64,000 nucleotides of DNA from Octopus vulgaris (Eukaryota): the NCBI GenBank assembly GCA_951406725.2, contig OX597831.1:15252001-15316000 (forward strand), written 5' to 3'. Positions 1-13,405 of this stretch are shown piece after piece. The notes below the pieces were generated by a model, which saw only the letters and a program-made list of their open reading frames with translations, was not told where the DNA came from and ran no database searches. A program made the position numbers and the translations under genes. The first letter of the stretch is position 1. Every line of letters begins with the position of its first letter.

Positions 1-478
1 TCGGGTTTGTAAGGGAAATAACTATATAAGCATTTTTAGAGAGTTACTTCCTTTATAAATGCCAATTCGGGCTTTCTTAGCCATTTCTGTTTTGGTGTCT
101 TCAAGCCATGAAGTCGTTGTTCTAAAAGAACGCTGGTCTCCTTGACAACGCATTACGACGTTGATTTCCTTACACTCCCTTCCCCACAGCTTCACGTGGG
201 AGGGAAGAAGGGGAAGAAGCAAACACAGGTGCAGGTGTTTGAGCGTGGACACCAACTCCGCCGCCGTCGACACACGAAAAATTATGCATTGAAATGGAAT
301 AAAAAATGATGTTAAATTATTTTTAAAATCGTAGACTCATTGTAGACGCGCGCTAATAGCCAGACGGGCTTGATATTAATCACGACTATAAGATACCCGA
401 ATTTGGTTAAACTGCACCGCAAAATGTGGGAGGAGTTAGGAATCTAAATCGAAGGGGACAGGCACTCACACAACTACA

Positions 479-484
<6 letters not shown>
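1..484. mobile_element. Non-autonomous interspersed repeat, possibly Helitron/Lep1-like (truncated by window start)
   Basis: Mixed-composition segment with an imperfect hairpin (ccttccccac..gtgggagggaag, ~178-208). It ends 'aatttggttaaa..aaaatgtgggaggagttagg..cacaactacagttttatata', a style recalled from Helitron-derived non-autonomous elements. Class assignment is inference. Confidence 0.3.
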
Positions 485-528
<44 letters not shown>

Positions 529-1074
529 GAACATGTATATATATATGTATATCGAGAGAAAGAGAGGGAGAGAGACAGAGAGAAAGACAGAAAGACAGAC
601 AGGCAAGGAGACGAAATGAGAAAGAAAAGAGAGAGGGGGAAATGGGACAAAGAGTTAGGGAAGAGACGAGAGATTAAGAGATTTAAATTTGATGACAAAA
701 TGTTTTTAACCGGCCTTCCATTTTGTTAAAATCTCTATTGTGAGCTGTAAAAGAAATTTGGTTCATATTTCAAGCAGGCAGAACGACCGTATCCATCTAC
801 CCTTCTAAGATTACTCAGTGGCAGAATATTCGCCTTTTGTTGGCCGACCGATGTGACGAGGACTACCCAGTGCTTGGGATGATATGTTTCTCTGCCCGTG
901 TCGATAGGGAATTGTGATGCAAGTTGGAAATCTGATGGCGCTGGGTTTCCTGACCTCCCTGAAATGCTTGACAGGTAGAAAAATAGAAAGATTTACGCAT
1001 CTAAAATTAGTTATTTTCTATTTCACTTCGCCTCTCACTTTACATGTCTGTCTGTCTATCATCTTCCTTCTATC

Positions 1075-1122
1075 TAGCAGTCTATCTATCTGCCTGACTC
1101 TCTGTCTGACTATTTATCTATC

Positions 1123-1179
<57 letters not shown>

Positions 1180-1216
1180 ACTATCTATCTATCTATCTAT
1201 CTATATCTCTCTCTCA

Positions 1217-1286
<70 letters not shown>

Positions 1287-1304
1287 CTATCTATGCATGT
1301 ATGT

Positions 1305-1358
<54 letters not shown>

Positions 1359-1402
1359 CTATCTATGCATGTATGTATGTATGTATGTATCTATCTATCT
1401 AT
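1075..1402. repeat. Compound microsatellite (ATCT)n/(CT)n/(AT)n/(ATGT)n
   Basis: Directly visible. Representative of dozens of such arrays (e.g. 4322-4500, 14570-14860, 25130-25445, 40165-40725, 62160-62450). Confidence 0.97.
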
Positions 1403-2357
1403 CCATTTATTTCTGCATCTATACACCTGTCTGATCATTTCAGTTTCGCATATCCTTGTGGACAGCTGACCGCTATGTGCGTTTGTCTGAGCTGTCTGCC
1501 CCTTCGTGTTATGGCTAATGCAGAAGCTCGTTGGAAAAGCGTTTAATGTGTCTTTCAAGTGCTGCGCTATATGAGAAATACGAACCGATATACCTTGATC
1601 TTTGATATTCGAGGTTACGTCACCAATATAATTAATACACCTACACTAAACGGATACATTATGTATTTAAACTCGCCTACCACTTACCGTAAATAAAATT
1701 TTATATTATAGTTAGGTAGATTTCATAGACTTTCAACTAAATTATACGTAACTTAAACAAAATGAAAATATATCAAAAGAATCTATTTCTGAGAATTTCT
1801 AAATTTAAGGATACAGATATAAAGTGCTTCAAGCGCAAACATTTGTACAAATAATTTTGTCGAATGTCACGTGGTGCACCAACTAATTAAGCGAATGATA
1901 TTCACACGAGTAAAGCTGGACTAAAACCGCTCGACACACTGACATTCATCGTTTCACACATGACTGGAGTGCTAAAATTCCACCGAGACAGAAGGTGTAA
2001 AATATTTACTATTTAATTACTATGAAACTGTGAACATATTCGCAAGATACGCTTACATCAGGAAATGTAATCAAAGTTTGGAAACGGAAATGTTGTTTTA
2101 TTTTAAGATGGCGGAATTTAATTTCGATGCGCTCTGTGCTACATAACAATGAGAACTAGACAGACACATAGTGATCTATGAACAGAGACAAACATAAGAA
2201 CATAAAAAGGAGTGTCAAACGTGAGTATGTATATATATAAATGTGCATACATACATACACATATACACACATATATATTTATGCATACATACGTTCATAT
2301 ATATATATATATATATGTACATATATTCATATATATACATACATATATATACACACG

Positions 2358-2401
<44 letters not shown>

Positions 2402-2552
2402 CAAAAAGCAATAAAGATTCAAGTTAATTTAAATGAATTTACTTGAATATGGTACCTAACTTAGATGCACCAAAAAAAAACTATACTGTTTTAACAATAC
2501 AGTAATGTGGGGTGATTATAAGCGAGAAAGAAGCAACAAGAATGGATAGGTT

Positions 2553-2639
2553 TTAGTACAATCGTTTCATACAAGGACAGGCTTTATTAAAAGTTGCAAA
2601 AATTACAGCATATAAACGTGTCCCGTACTCATCAGCTAA
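2553..2639 (-). ncRNA. Type I hammerhead ribozyme motif (mirror copy of 3077-3163)
   Basis: Reverse complement of the plus-strand motif, in the left arm of the palindrome. Confidence 0.7.
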
Positions 2640-3076
2640 TATACATGTGAGTTCTCTAGACATCCTATTGGTTGAGGCTATACTCATGAAGTAATGTAGA
2701 TAATTAAGTAACATAAACAGATTTCCAAAGTTCATTAAAGTTCTTTAAATATGATGTACAGTCTTATCACAGAATTTAAAAAAGTTTTAATAGCATCACA
2801 GAGAAGGTGACCTAATCCATAGTGCACATATGAATTTCCAGAGATATGATGAGGTATTATTACCTCATCATATCTCTGGAAATTCTATGTGCACATATGG
2901 ATTAGGTCACCTTCTTGTGATGCTATTAAAACTTTTTTAAATTCTGTGATAAGACTGTACATCATATTTAAAGAACTTTAATGAACTTTGGAAATCTGTT
3001 TATGTTACTTAATTATCTACATTACTTCATGAGTATAGCCTCAACCAATAGGATGTCTAGAGAACTCACATGTATA

Positions 3077-3163
3077 TTAGCTGATGAGTACGGGACACGT
3101 TTATATGCTGTAATTTTTGCAACTTTTAATAAAGCCTGTCCTTGTATGAAACGATTGTACTAA
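3077..3163 (+). ncRNA. Type I hammerhead ribozyme motif with extended stem II
   Basis: ttag-CTGATGA(3081-3087)-gtac gggaca..tgtcct tgtat-GAAA(3148-3151)-cgattg-TA-ctaa. Stem I is ttag/ctaa. Predicted GUA cleavage after 3159. Confidence 0.72.
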
Positions 3164-3195
3164 AAACCTATCCATTCTTGTTGCTTCTTTCTCGC

Positions 3196-3264
<69 letters not shown>

Positions 3265-3502
3265 TACACAGTACAAAATGAGCATAAATTAGCGTATTTA
3301 ACATTTAGAGAGAAACTACACACAGATACAGGTACACTCCCTCACCCAAACACACGCACGCACAAACATATTCACATACACACACATGCACACAGGTGGT
3401 TTAAAATTCAAATCTATGGAGTGGTCTTCAGCAATATATTAAGCCGTAGCGAACCGATCGACAAGCAAAACACATATACTGATTATATGCGATCGATAAG
3501 AA

Positions 3503-3564
<62 letters not shown>

Positions 3565-4330
3565 CAGTTTACCTATAGGAAAAAGAATACGCAATTTCCC
3601 ATCAAACCACGAAAATAGTGATTTGAAATAGAGCCCAAATCACCAGGGCTGCAAGTTAACCTCTGCTCTTATCTTCCACCACGAGACAAAACGGTTCCAG
3701 AATCAGGAGCATGCGTTCTTGGAAGTCACTTAGAGTACTTCCTTGGTCTACGGTGCCAGGTTGAGGTTTAGGTTACGCAGACGATGGTTGGTGTTGCAGC
3801 AGGAGAAGTTGGTGCGCGCATTTTAACCGCTCCTCACATTGAGGAGTCATTGAGATTAGAACTGTGGAAATTAGGAGGCCGCGATTGGCTCTGTTGACGA
3901 CGCAAAAGTTTTTCACCAATAACTTTTGACCCTTTTTTCCCGTGATATAGCTAGGAGCCGAAATATGCTGTCACACATATGTACTTTCAGCAACAAATGT
4001 CTCCATCAAGCAGCATCGAGCTTAAGGCTTTGTACTAAGATGTGGGACGAATTCCTGTACATTCATGCATTCGATATGCATGCCGTGTCTCTTCCTACTG
4101 GCCACGATTTTATAGGCTACGTTGCAGCGTCCATTATCACGTGTCCATGCCACGAGTTACAGATTTATACTGATTTAAGAGCATTGAGAAGTTTTCCTGA
4201 CGTCACTGTCTTTATGCTTGGCATCGCCGCAGAATGTTCACCGATATATGAAGCTCTTAATATATATTATCTTACAGCACGCACAAACAAATATGTATAT
4301 ATGTATATATATATTTATACACACACACAC

Positions 4331-4398
<68 letters not shown>

Positions 4399-4446
4399 TA
4401 TAAATAGATAGATAGATAGATATATAGATAGATAGATAGATAGATG

Positions 4447-4496
<50 letters not shown>

Positions 4497-4713
4497 ATAG
4501 AAGTGGAATAGATAGGTAGATAAGGATAGTATATAAATGTTAATGGTGGTATCAACAAACAGAAAAAAATAGTGTATTTAATAAAATGAATTGCAATTTT
4601 ATAGCATTTAATTATTTGGATATGCATATTTTGGGCATCAATTTATTAATCTGCCCCATCATTGCCAGAAAAAGTGGGTAATCGTATGAAAGTTGGATAA
4701 AGGATGCAAATTT

Positions 4714-4741
4714 CTGATTGGTTAATCAGAGGTTGACGTCA
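4714..4741. promoter_or_regulatory. Adjacent CCAAT/NF-Y-like box and palindromic CRE
   Basis: ctgattggtt (rc AACCAATCAG) at 4714-4723 and TGACGTCA at 4734-4741. A second TGACGTCA lies at 4198-4205. Motif match only; no transcript evidence. Confidence 0.2.
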
Positions 4742-4949
4742 GATTTCTGCTGCGTGAAACATTTCCCGTTTTGAATAATGGCTATCTAATAGGAATTTCT
4801 CTATAAAATGGCAAGATTTCTTTTTATTATTGTTTTGTGGAGGTGTGGGTGTATGTTCGTGTGTGTGTGTGCGTGTGGGGTGTCTGTGAGTTTGGAAAAG
4901 GGAAGAAATATAAAGAGGAAGAATAAATAATTGTGTTTGATATTTATAC

Positions 4950-5025
<76 letters not shown>

Positions 5026-5366
5026 ATTTCAACAATTGAGGGTAAAATTAATTAATTAATTATTAATCAATATCACCAAGTGTTCAGTATGTAAAGGGAC
5101 CATTTAAGGCGAATTCAAATTATTACATTATATAAAAGGGCTTAGTAAAATAAATTACTTTGCCACATACTGAACTCATTAGAAATAGTAGCTAAAAAAA
5201 CTTTTTTTAAAACTATTTCTAATACTTAAAGAAAATCTCTCTCATATAGTGCTTGCTCAATTCAACTCACGAAAGTATGGGGGTAAAGACATTAAAAAAT
5301 CAAATGCAAAGGTTATTTGAGAACGTACGTTTCAAGATTAGTCAAAGATTATTATATTTATATATA

Positions 5367-5425
<59 letters not shown>

Positions 5426-5529
5426 GAAATATGATTGATTTTTGATTTTTCCAGTTTCAGCTAATGAGCTGTGGCCATGCTCGGGCATCGCCATTTGAAT
5501 GTTTTGAAAAATAATATAAAATACACGTT

Positions 5530-5765
5530 ATTGGACAAACAGGAATTTCGCTCCGTCAAAGTATCACCATTCACAGAGAGCAAATCTGCCACCCACAATA
5601 CAGACAGTTAAAGGTGAGTGAAGACATAGAAAGATGTGCCATGAATCTTAATCCCAATTTCCAAGTATTTCCCTTTTACCAATGCTCACAGAACACCACA
5701 ATGCAACAAAGGTTGAATAAAGATCATTTTTCATCAACAAATTTCTCCCCCAACTGAATGTGAAC
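5530..5765 (+). pseudogene. Penelope-like element GIY-YIG endonuclease C-terminal fragment
   Basis: Manual translation IGQTGISLRQSITIHREQICHPQYRQLKVSEDIERCA..FQVFPFY aligns with YIGQTKNSLRKRMALHRSQIKIPQNRKIAFSQHIDTCA of the PLE ORF at 10999-11460. Frameshift near 5730. Confidence 0.8.
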
Positions 5766-5965
5766 ACACAACTCGATACAGAACACCACTAACTCTTCAA
5801 TTTAAACCACTAAACCCTATACACTTTCTACATCACTCACATTTCTAATTCCTGAACTACTTACCTCTCTTATACATATAATCCAGAACTACTTACCTCC
5901 CTTACAAATAATCACTTTTCTCAGGAACCATTAGACCTGACACCGTTTACTGACCGGTGTTGTTC

Positions 5966-6006
5966 AAACGATGAATAGTTAACGCGAAAACCAATTGGTT
6001 CCGTTT
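5966..6006 (+). ncRNA. Degenerate hammerhead-like motif downstream of the PLE endonuclease fragment
   Basis: aaacg..cgttt stem I and GAAA followed by palindromic ccaattgg. The CUGANGA strand is decayed (atgaata). Confidence 0.35.
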
Positions 6007-6170
6007 CAGTCTCTTACCTTATTATTATTATTATTATTAACTTCTTATAATTATCAATAATAATGGCCTTTTTGACTGGTAATACTCTTAATGTATATAT
6101 TTGTCACTACCTGTCATAAATAGACTTTTTATATCTACAATATGCATTTTCATTGATTTTTCCTTTTTAG

Positions 6171-6230
<60 letters not shown>

Positions 6231-7034
6231 ACACTATGTTTGTTAAATTATAAATTGAAAGATTTGTCCTTCAATGTATGATGAGCAAAATTTCATAAGG
6301 TCCATACTTGAAAAAGAGACTTTCTTGTGTTGAAGTTACAGGTGACAGAATACAAACTGACAACCACTGTTGTCTGATCTTCAATTGATTTAGTCTAATA
6401 TCTCACTGATTGACAGTTAAATAAATATCAAGATTTATCATACAGGAGCAACTGGTTCCCACAAATTAACGTGAAATGGTTTCATCCAAATATTAGAATA
6501 TCCTTTGTTCAATGTTGTATTTTCAAAAACCAAAACATATGTGTAGAGCTCTGTGTGTTTAATACAGTTTACTTAACAAATTTGGTCCTTTATCTGGTAC
6601 AGCTTATTATAGAGATATTTTCAGCCATTCAGTTTGGGAGAGAACTTAGTTATGAAATATTTTTCCATATTCCTCCTGAAGCTGAAGGAGGTGTCATTCT
6701 TTAGACATTTGTAGAAGGGAAAGATCTTAAATTTTCCTTCTCCCCATGAAGAGTGTTCGAAAACTTTCCCTATTTCATCGTATAGTTTCCTCTTTTTTTC
6801 TTCCTTTCTCCAAACTCACAGAAACCCCATACCCACAGACACGCGCGCACACACATACACACACACCTCCACAAAACAATAATAAAAAGTAATCTTCTTC
6901 TCTAAAACCCCAAAGCGATTTGACCATACTTCATTAAACACACACACACTCTCTCACAATGTTAAAAAGGAAATATAATTTGTGGTCTACCTTCCCTCCC
7001 CTTCCTTCTTTTTTCTCTTCTTTTCTAGCAATCC

Positions 7035-7406
7035 CTCCAGATACAAAAAACCCACACACACATGATCTCACTTTCTCCCCATTCACCACCCTCTTATACT
7101 GTGTTATTTCCATCCCCGCCACTACACACTCAATAACACTATAAAATGGTCAAAACTTAAATTCTTAGACCCCCTTTGGAGTAAACATCTTGACGAGCAA
7201 ACAATTTTTTTCTTCTTCTTCCCGCTCCTTTCCCCTCTTTTACTTTAACACTCCTAAATACAAAAACACACACACGCGTACACGCACACACACATGCTCT
7301 CTCTCTCTCTCTCTTTCACTTTCTCCCCATTCATCACCCTCTTGTACTATCTTATATCCCTCCTCATCACTACACACTCAATAACACTATAAAATGGTCA
7401 AAACTT
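7035..7406. repeat. Diverged ~246-bp tandem duplication
   Basis: tcactttctccccattca..cactacacactcaataacactataaaatggtcaaaactt occurs twice, ending ~7158 and ~7406. Confidence 0.8.
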
Positions 7407-7606
7407 TTTTCACAGGAACTTAGTTCGATTTGAAAACCCTACTAGAATGGGAGAAAGCGATAATATATGATCTAAGTTAATATGATGTGTAAAAACATGT
7501 AATATACAAATAAATATCTGTAAATATAAAATCGTCCGAATTTCTGAGTACCTCATTTTTTCCTAATATAAAATACCTGTGCATGATCTCCACACCTTCC
7601 AATATA

Positions 7607-8482
<876 letters not shown>

Positions 8483-8869
8483 ATATATGTTTATATGTGG
8501 AGTACAACACAGTTTTATATATATGTACATATATATATATATATATATATGTGTGTAAATTCAATGATATAGGTATAAGATATGTATTATATATCACGTA
8601 ATATATTTGACTGTAAATGAATATGTTATGTTCTTTTGCCTTGCGCGTATGCACATACGTGTATGCGTATGCGTGCGTGAGTGTTTGTGTGAGCATGTGT
8701 TTGTGTGTGTGTACGTGTGTACGTGTGTGTCACTGTGTGCTTATGTGTATGTATGTACGTATCTATGTATGTATGCATGTATGTATGTATATGTGTGCGC
8801 ATGTGTATACGTATTAAAAATTATCTTTGGATATTCTATCTCTGCTCGTTAAGATAATTTATAGTATCT

Positions 8870-9430
8870 CATGTTCCGAATCTGTGATGCTGTCTGACAC
8901 AATAAAGTACTAATCATCTACTTATCCAAAGCATATGGCTTTCGTATCTTTTGAAACTTGGCACGCTGTTCCAAACAAATGCTCGCGGCTTTAACTTCAG
9001 GCCAATTATTTATACTTGCAATACGTTTACATATACATACATACATATATATATATGTATGTATGTATGTATATGTAACCTGTTTAGAATATATTTGCGT
9101 ATTAGGTTTTAGAACACTTTCTGTGTGCTTTCGTTGAACTTACACATGTCGGGTGTACATATGAAAGACTTATCATGTTACGAAACTGAAATACCGTGCG
9201 TCACAATAAAATACTGCTTGTTACGCATGCATACAGCATACGTAGCTTTTGAAACTTGGAAACTTCCAAATAAATTTTCTCGGCTTTAATTTCAGTCCGA
9301 CCATATATACTTGAAATTCGTTTCTAAAAATAACGTTCTCTTAATATGTTTGTTTATTAGCTTTTGGAACACTTTCTGCTTGGTTTCATTCACCTTACAT
9401 ATGTCTAATATATATGTGAAAGACTTATAT
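8870..9430. repeat. Old ~300-bp tandem duplication
   Basis: Matching blocks: cttttgaaacttgg (~8948/~9246), aacactttctg (~9113/~9368), tgaaagacttat (~9162/~9417). Confidence 0.7.
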
Positions 9431-9704
9431 TAACACTTTCACCACTACGTAATTATATATTATATATTATTTACATTCTCCTCCGTTTTATATTAAATAT
9501 TATCGCTAAATTGAACATGATTTTTTCGTTATAGAGGTCTAATTTTATAGACCTCTATAAATTATTAGAAAATTACTTCGTATCATATTATAGCCAACGT
9601 CTATACAATATTTTAAAACCTTTCGATATAGCGAAAACACTAAGCCATATGGTGGTGTCTAGACTTCCCTGAAAAGAGCTAATTGCAACGAAATATGAGT
9701 AGAG

Positions 9705-9892
9705 CAGTGTCGCGCAACCATTTTTCACTTCTGGTACACCAATATTCTTTTCAAAGTTCGGCGGCACACCTGAACTAAAAAAATAGAACTAAAAGTGTAG
9801 GGAAAAACCAGATAATCAGGTTGCACTGTGGTATATTTTACATCGTTTCGAGGCAAACGAATGTGCCGCGTCACACCGGTTGCGGAGCATTG
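9705..9892. mobile_element. hAT (Charlie-like) MITE
   Basis: Imperfect TIRs cagtgtcgcgcaacc / ggttgcggagcattg. Flanking 8-mers gagtagag / atctagag resemble the NTCTAGAN target preference of Charlie-type hATs. Confidence 0.65.
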
Positions 9893-10236
9893 ATCTAGAG
9901 TTGTGTCCCGTTTTCTTCAAATAATGAATAATTATTACCTGCTGATCTTTACTCCATTTTTTCTCAGTTTATGTATGTGGGGGTTGATTCAACATCGTGG
10001 CAACAATTTACGCAGCCTATTCGGAATTTAAAACGATTTCACTGCCAATACAAATCAATATAGACAAAATAAATTTACTGCTGAAATTTCACTGCACTAC
10101 TAACATAGATAGCTCCATTTATAAACTGGAATTTTTTTTTTTTTATGTAATACGGCCATTTAAACAATATTTGGTTTCCAAATATTGGAATGAAACAATG
10201 AAGTACGTGATTCCTACGACATACATGAATACATAG

Positions 10237-10271
<35 letters not shown>

Positions 10272-10276
<5 letters not shown>

Positions 10277-12116
10277 AAACAAGTCAAAAATAGAAAATGC
10301 TAAAATAATTTTATAGTGAACATTTCAGTACCGGTTTCGGTCATTTTGAGACCTTTTCAACTGTAACGATTAAATAATTAAATTTAGATAAATTAGAAGA
10401 AAAGTTTTTTTAAAGGAATATTTCTATAGTAGTGTTCAGATATAAGTGGCATTCTGCCTTTCTCTGACTCCCTTGTTTGCACTTGTGTGTTGGAGGTCGT
10501 TGTGAGTTCTTGGTAGGGTAGTAGAAGAAGAAGGCTGATGAGCAAAGGGGGTGGGAAAATCTGGGAGTGCCCTGATGGTCGTGTTTTGAATGGTCAGTGG
10601 CGGCTAGCAGTCGCAGTTCAATTCAGGAGAATATTTCTATTGAAAGGCTTGTTTATAGAATTTGCGTAGGTGTTATACTAAAAAACATTAGTGACAAAGT
10701 TAAGGGGTAGAAGGTGGAGAAGTAGTAGTAGTAGTAGAAGAAGAAGAAGAAGAAGAAGAAGAAGAAGAAGAAGAAGAAGAAGAAGAAGAAGAAGAAGAAG
10801 AAGAAGAATAATAAGAAGAAGTTGAAGTTGGCATATTATGGATTATAGCTGTGATTTTAGCTGTGATTAGTAATGGATTCTTTGGAATGTAATATTTGTG
10901 TGTATATTTCTTTTATTCTAAAGTTGAGGTATATTAATTGTTTGTCGTAGACCCGTTAAGAAGTGGCCTGTATTTTGTAATAAAGAGAGTTTTTTTACTT
11001 ATTCGTTGTCTCGAGGTTGTGTCGTCCCTAAATTGGTAGAGGGGGAAAATCCTGAAGCTTGGTGTTTTTTGTTGGCGCAAGTATCTATGTGTTGGCTAAA
11101 AGCTATTTTTCTGTTTTGGGGAATTTTTATCTGGGATCTGTGCAGGGCCATTCGTTTACGCAAACTATTTTTTGTTTGGCCTATGTACTGCTCTTGACAC
11201 CCGGAGCAGGTTAGTGAGTATATTAGGTTCTCCGAAGCACATGTGAAGTTGCTTTTCACTGTAAACCGTTGTCCACGTTTGAAGGAGAACTCTGATCCCT
11301 CAATTAGATAGTCGCATATCCCGCAATTGGGTCTTCCACATTTTTTTACTGTCGGCTTCTGTGTTGAAGAGTGAATTCGGGCTTGTGTTAGGAGACTTTT
11401 CATGGATTTAGGCTGTCTCTTGCTTTTTATGATCGTGTGTGTTTGGAGGATTGTGTTCATTCTGTGGTCTTTTTTTAGGAGGGGTATGTTGTGGAGGATG
11501 GTGCCGAAGGGTTGTGTGTGGAGATGTATGGTAAGGCTTTTGGTTGTAAGTTTTTCTTTGATTTGGGATGTCTCAGTTCCTTGATGTTAAGTTGAAGGGC
11601 ACGTTGAATGCACTTGTCAATAAGTGAAGGTGGATAGTTTCTGGTGATAAGGGTATCTTTTAGTTCTTGTAGTCGTGTGTCTCTGGTGTTTGCGTTAGAG
11701 ACTATAGTGCATATCCTTTTTGCTAGGTTGAAGGGGATATTCATCCTGGTGTGTCTGGGGTGGCATGAATTGAATGGAAGATATTGCTTAGAGTCAGTGG
11801 GCTTATAATATATGTCTGTTTCTATTATATTATTAGCTTTCTTAATGAGGATATCGAGGAAGGGGAGTTGTTGCTGGCTATATTCCATCGTGAATTGGAT
11901 GGTTACGTCCAGTCCGTTTAAAATTTCCTGGAATTCTATGAGTTTTTCTATATTTTTATGCCAAAGAATGAATCAGTCGTCTAGATATCTCTTCCATTTG
12001 TTTTCTATGTAGATGGAGAAAGGGCTGCCATATCTTTCTAGAACCTTACGATGCAGACTGATCTCTAGATATCCTATGACTAGGTTGGCAAAGGAGGGGG
12101 CCATTCGTGTACCCAT
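10272..12116 (-). mobile_element. 5'-truncated Penelope-like retroelement (RT C-half + GIY-YIG endonuclease + HHR-containing 3' pLTR), decayed
   Basis: From 12116: MGTRMAPSFANLVIGYLE..KWKRYLDD*FILW (RT motifs, in-frame stop). Thumb region LPFLDILI..TDIYYKPTDSKQYLPFNSCHP (ORF 11475-11888). Then CGRPNCGIC..NLIYSLTCSGCQEQYIGQT (GIY-YIG, ORF 10999-11460). Both ends lie in (TA)n. Confidence 0.93.
10323..10366 (-). ncRNA. Minimal type I hammerhead with U3-A8 core variant in the PLE 3' pLTR
   Basis: Minus strand reads cag-TTGAAAA-ggtc tcaaaat gacc-GAAA-ccgg-TA-ctg. Palindromic ACCGGT stem III. Same sense as the PLE ORF. Confidence 0.75.
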
Positions 12117-12175
12117 ATATATATATATTCCTAGTTTCAGCTCAGAACTGCGGCCAAGCTAATGCACCGCCGTTA

Positions 12176-12245
<70 letters not shown>

Positions 12246-12351
12246 TATAATATAATTGGAATGTACAAAAGAACAAACATAACAAAAGACAACGACCGGT
12301 GTGTAAACAACAAGCAGATGTATTAGTTTAACGCTCGGAAAGTGAGAAAGT

Positions 12352-12387
12352 CTATTACGTTTCGAGCCTACGATCTTTATCAAAAAG
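12352..12387 (-). ncRNA. Degenerate minimal hammerhead-like motif
   Basis: Minus strand reads cttt-TTGATAA-A-gatc gtag gctc-GAAA-cg-TA-atag, with mismatches in stems I and II. Same design as 39243-39277. Confidence 0.35.
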
Positions 12388-12770
12388 GAACATAGAAATA
12401 ATCAGAGAGAGAGAGAGAGAGAAAGAAAAGAAAATGTTTAGTGCCTAGCAATCAATATGTATATATATATATATAATCTTCTCGAAATAATAAGTTCCAT
12501 CATTGCCATTCTTGGTTTTCCCCTCAAGGCAAAATATACACCAGGATAATCCGATCTGTACTGCTTGCTTTCTTTTGGCCATTTGAAAAGTTTAAGAAGT
12601 CTCTTTTTAAATATGTGAAGTGTGTCGTAACAGATATATGCTAACAGAAGTGTGTAATGTGCCGTAACAGATATACCTTCCAAGTTACCTAAATAAAAAT
12701 AGTCTTGATGCATTAAGAATTAAATTATTTAACATGTGTCTAATGCAATGTCAATTTTGTTACTTGATTG

Positions 12771-12976
12771 CCCACAAGGAGCTAAACATAGAGGGGACAA
12801 ACAAGGACAGACAAAGGAATTAATTCGATTACATCGACACCAGTTCGCAAATGGTACTTAATTTATCGACCCCGAAAGGATGAAAGGCAAAGTCGACCTC
12901 GGCGGAATTGGAACTCAGACGAAAAATCACTAAGCATTTCGCCCGCGTGCTAACGTTACTGCCAGCTCGCCGCCTT
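12771..12976 (-). mobile_element. tRNA-derived SINE, family A
   Basis: The rc begins ggcggcgagctggcag..gttagca (A-box-like) and gagtt(c)aattcc (B-box-like), with body gtcgactttgcctttcatcctttcggggtcgataaattaagtacc. At least 6 further copies in the window. Confidence 0.88.
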
Positions 12977-13254
12977 GTCAATGCAATTTCAATTTTGCAA
13001 TATGAACTCTTTTATCTTGTGAGATATAAGTCTGCTTTGCTTACAAAACTTAGCATAGACAGCTTAGCATGTCGTTGTCCTGTATTCCAAAACTGCCGAG
13101 GTGGTGTCGACTGACGGGGTATTTAGTGCACTACATGGGGGTGACTACTGAATATGTTTCAGCTTTTTCACGGATTTCCTGTTCCATTTACGTTTACCAT
13201 CCAAATGAATATGCAAGGTCTGATGAAATGATCTTGGCTTCAAGGGTACATTCA

Positions 13255-13405
13255 GAGTTCTTCAACAGGGCTTAGAAAAACTGCAGGACCGCTGCAACAG
13301 GTTTGTGAATATGAAAAATGAATATCTTGACTAAAACTATAATTAACTGATCCTTTAGTATTTTATTTTATCTAAAGCTAGGAACTTTTCAGTACTCGCT
13401 CCTAT
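13255..13405 (+). mobile_element. mariner transposon 3' remnant
   Basis: Translates GLEKLQDRCNRFVNMKNEYLD*, matching the mariner C-terminal GIxKLxxRWxKCIxxxGxY pattern. Followed by a TIR-like ggaacttttcagtac..ta. Confidence 0.6.

Larger units (their letters stand above)
2522..3195. repeat. 674-bp near-perfect palindrome (two ~335-bp arms, 4-nt loop at 2857-2860), PLE pLTR-like
   Basis: gcgagaaagaagcaacaag (2522) is the reverse complement of cttgttgcttctttctcgc (ends 3195). Centre is gaggta-ttat-tacctc. The identical 60-aa ORFs on opposite strands in the track reflect this. The arms differ only by a few 1-nt indels near the centre and one end. Confidence 0.97.

Noticed and set aside
2553-3163. 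Identical 60-aa ORFs on opposite strands (apparent duplicated gene)
   Set aside because: A by-product of the palindrome. No recognisable domain, and the ORF overlaps the ribozyme motif.
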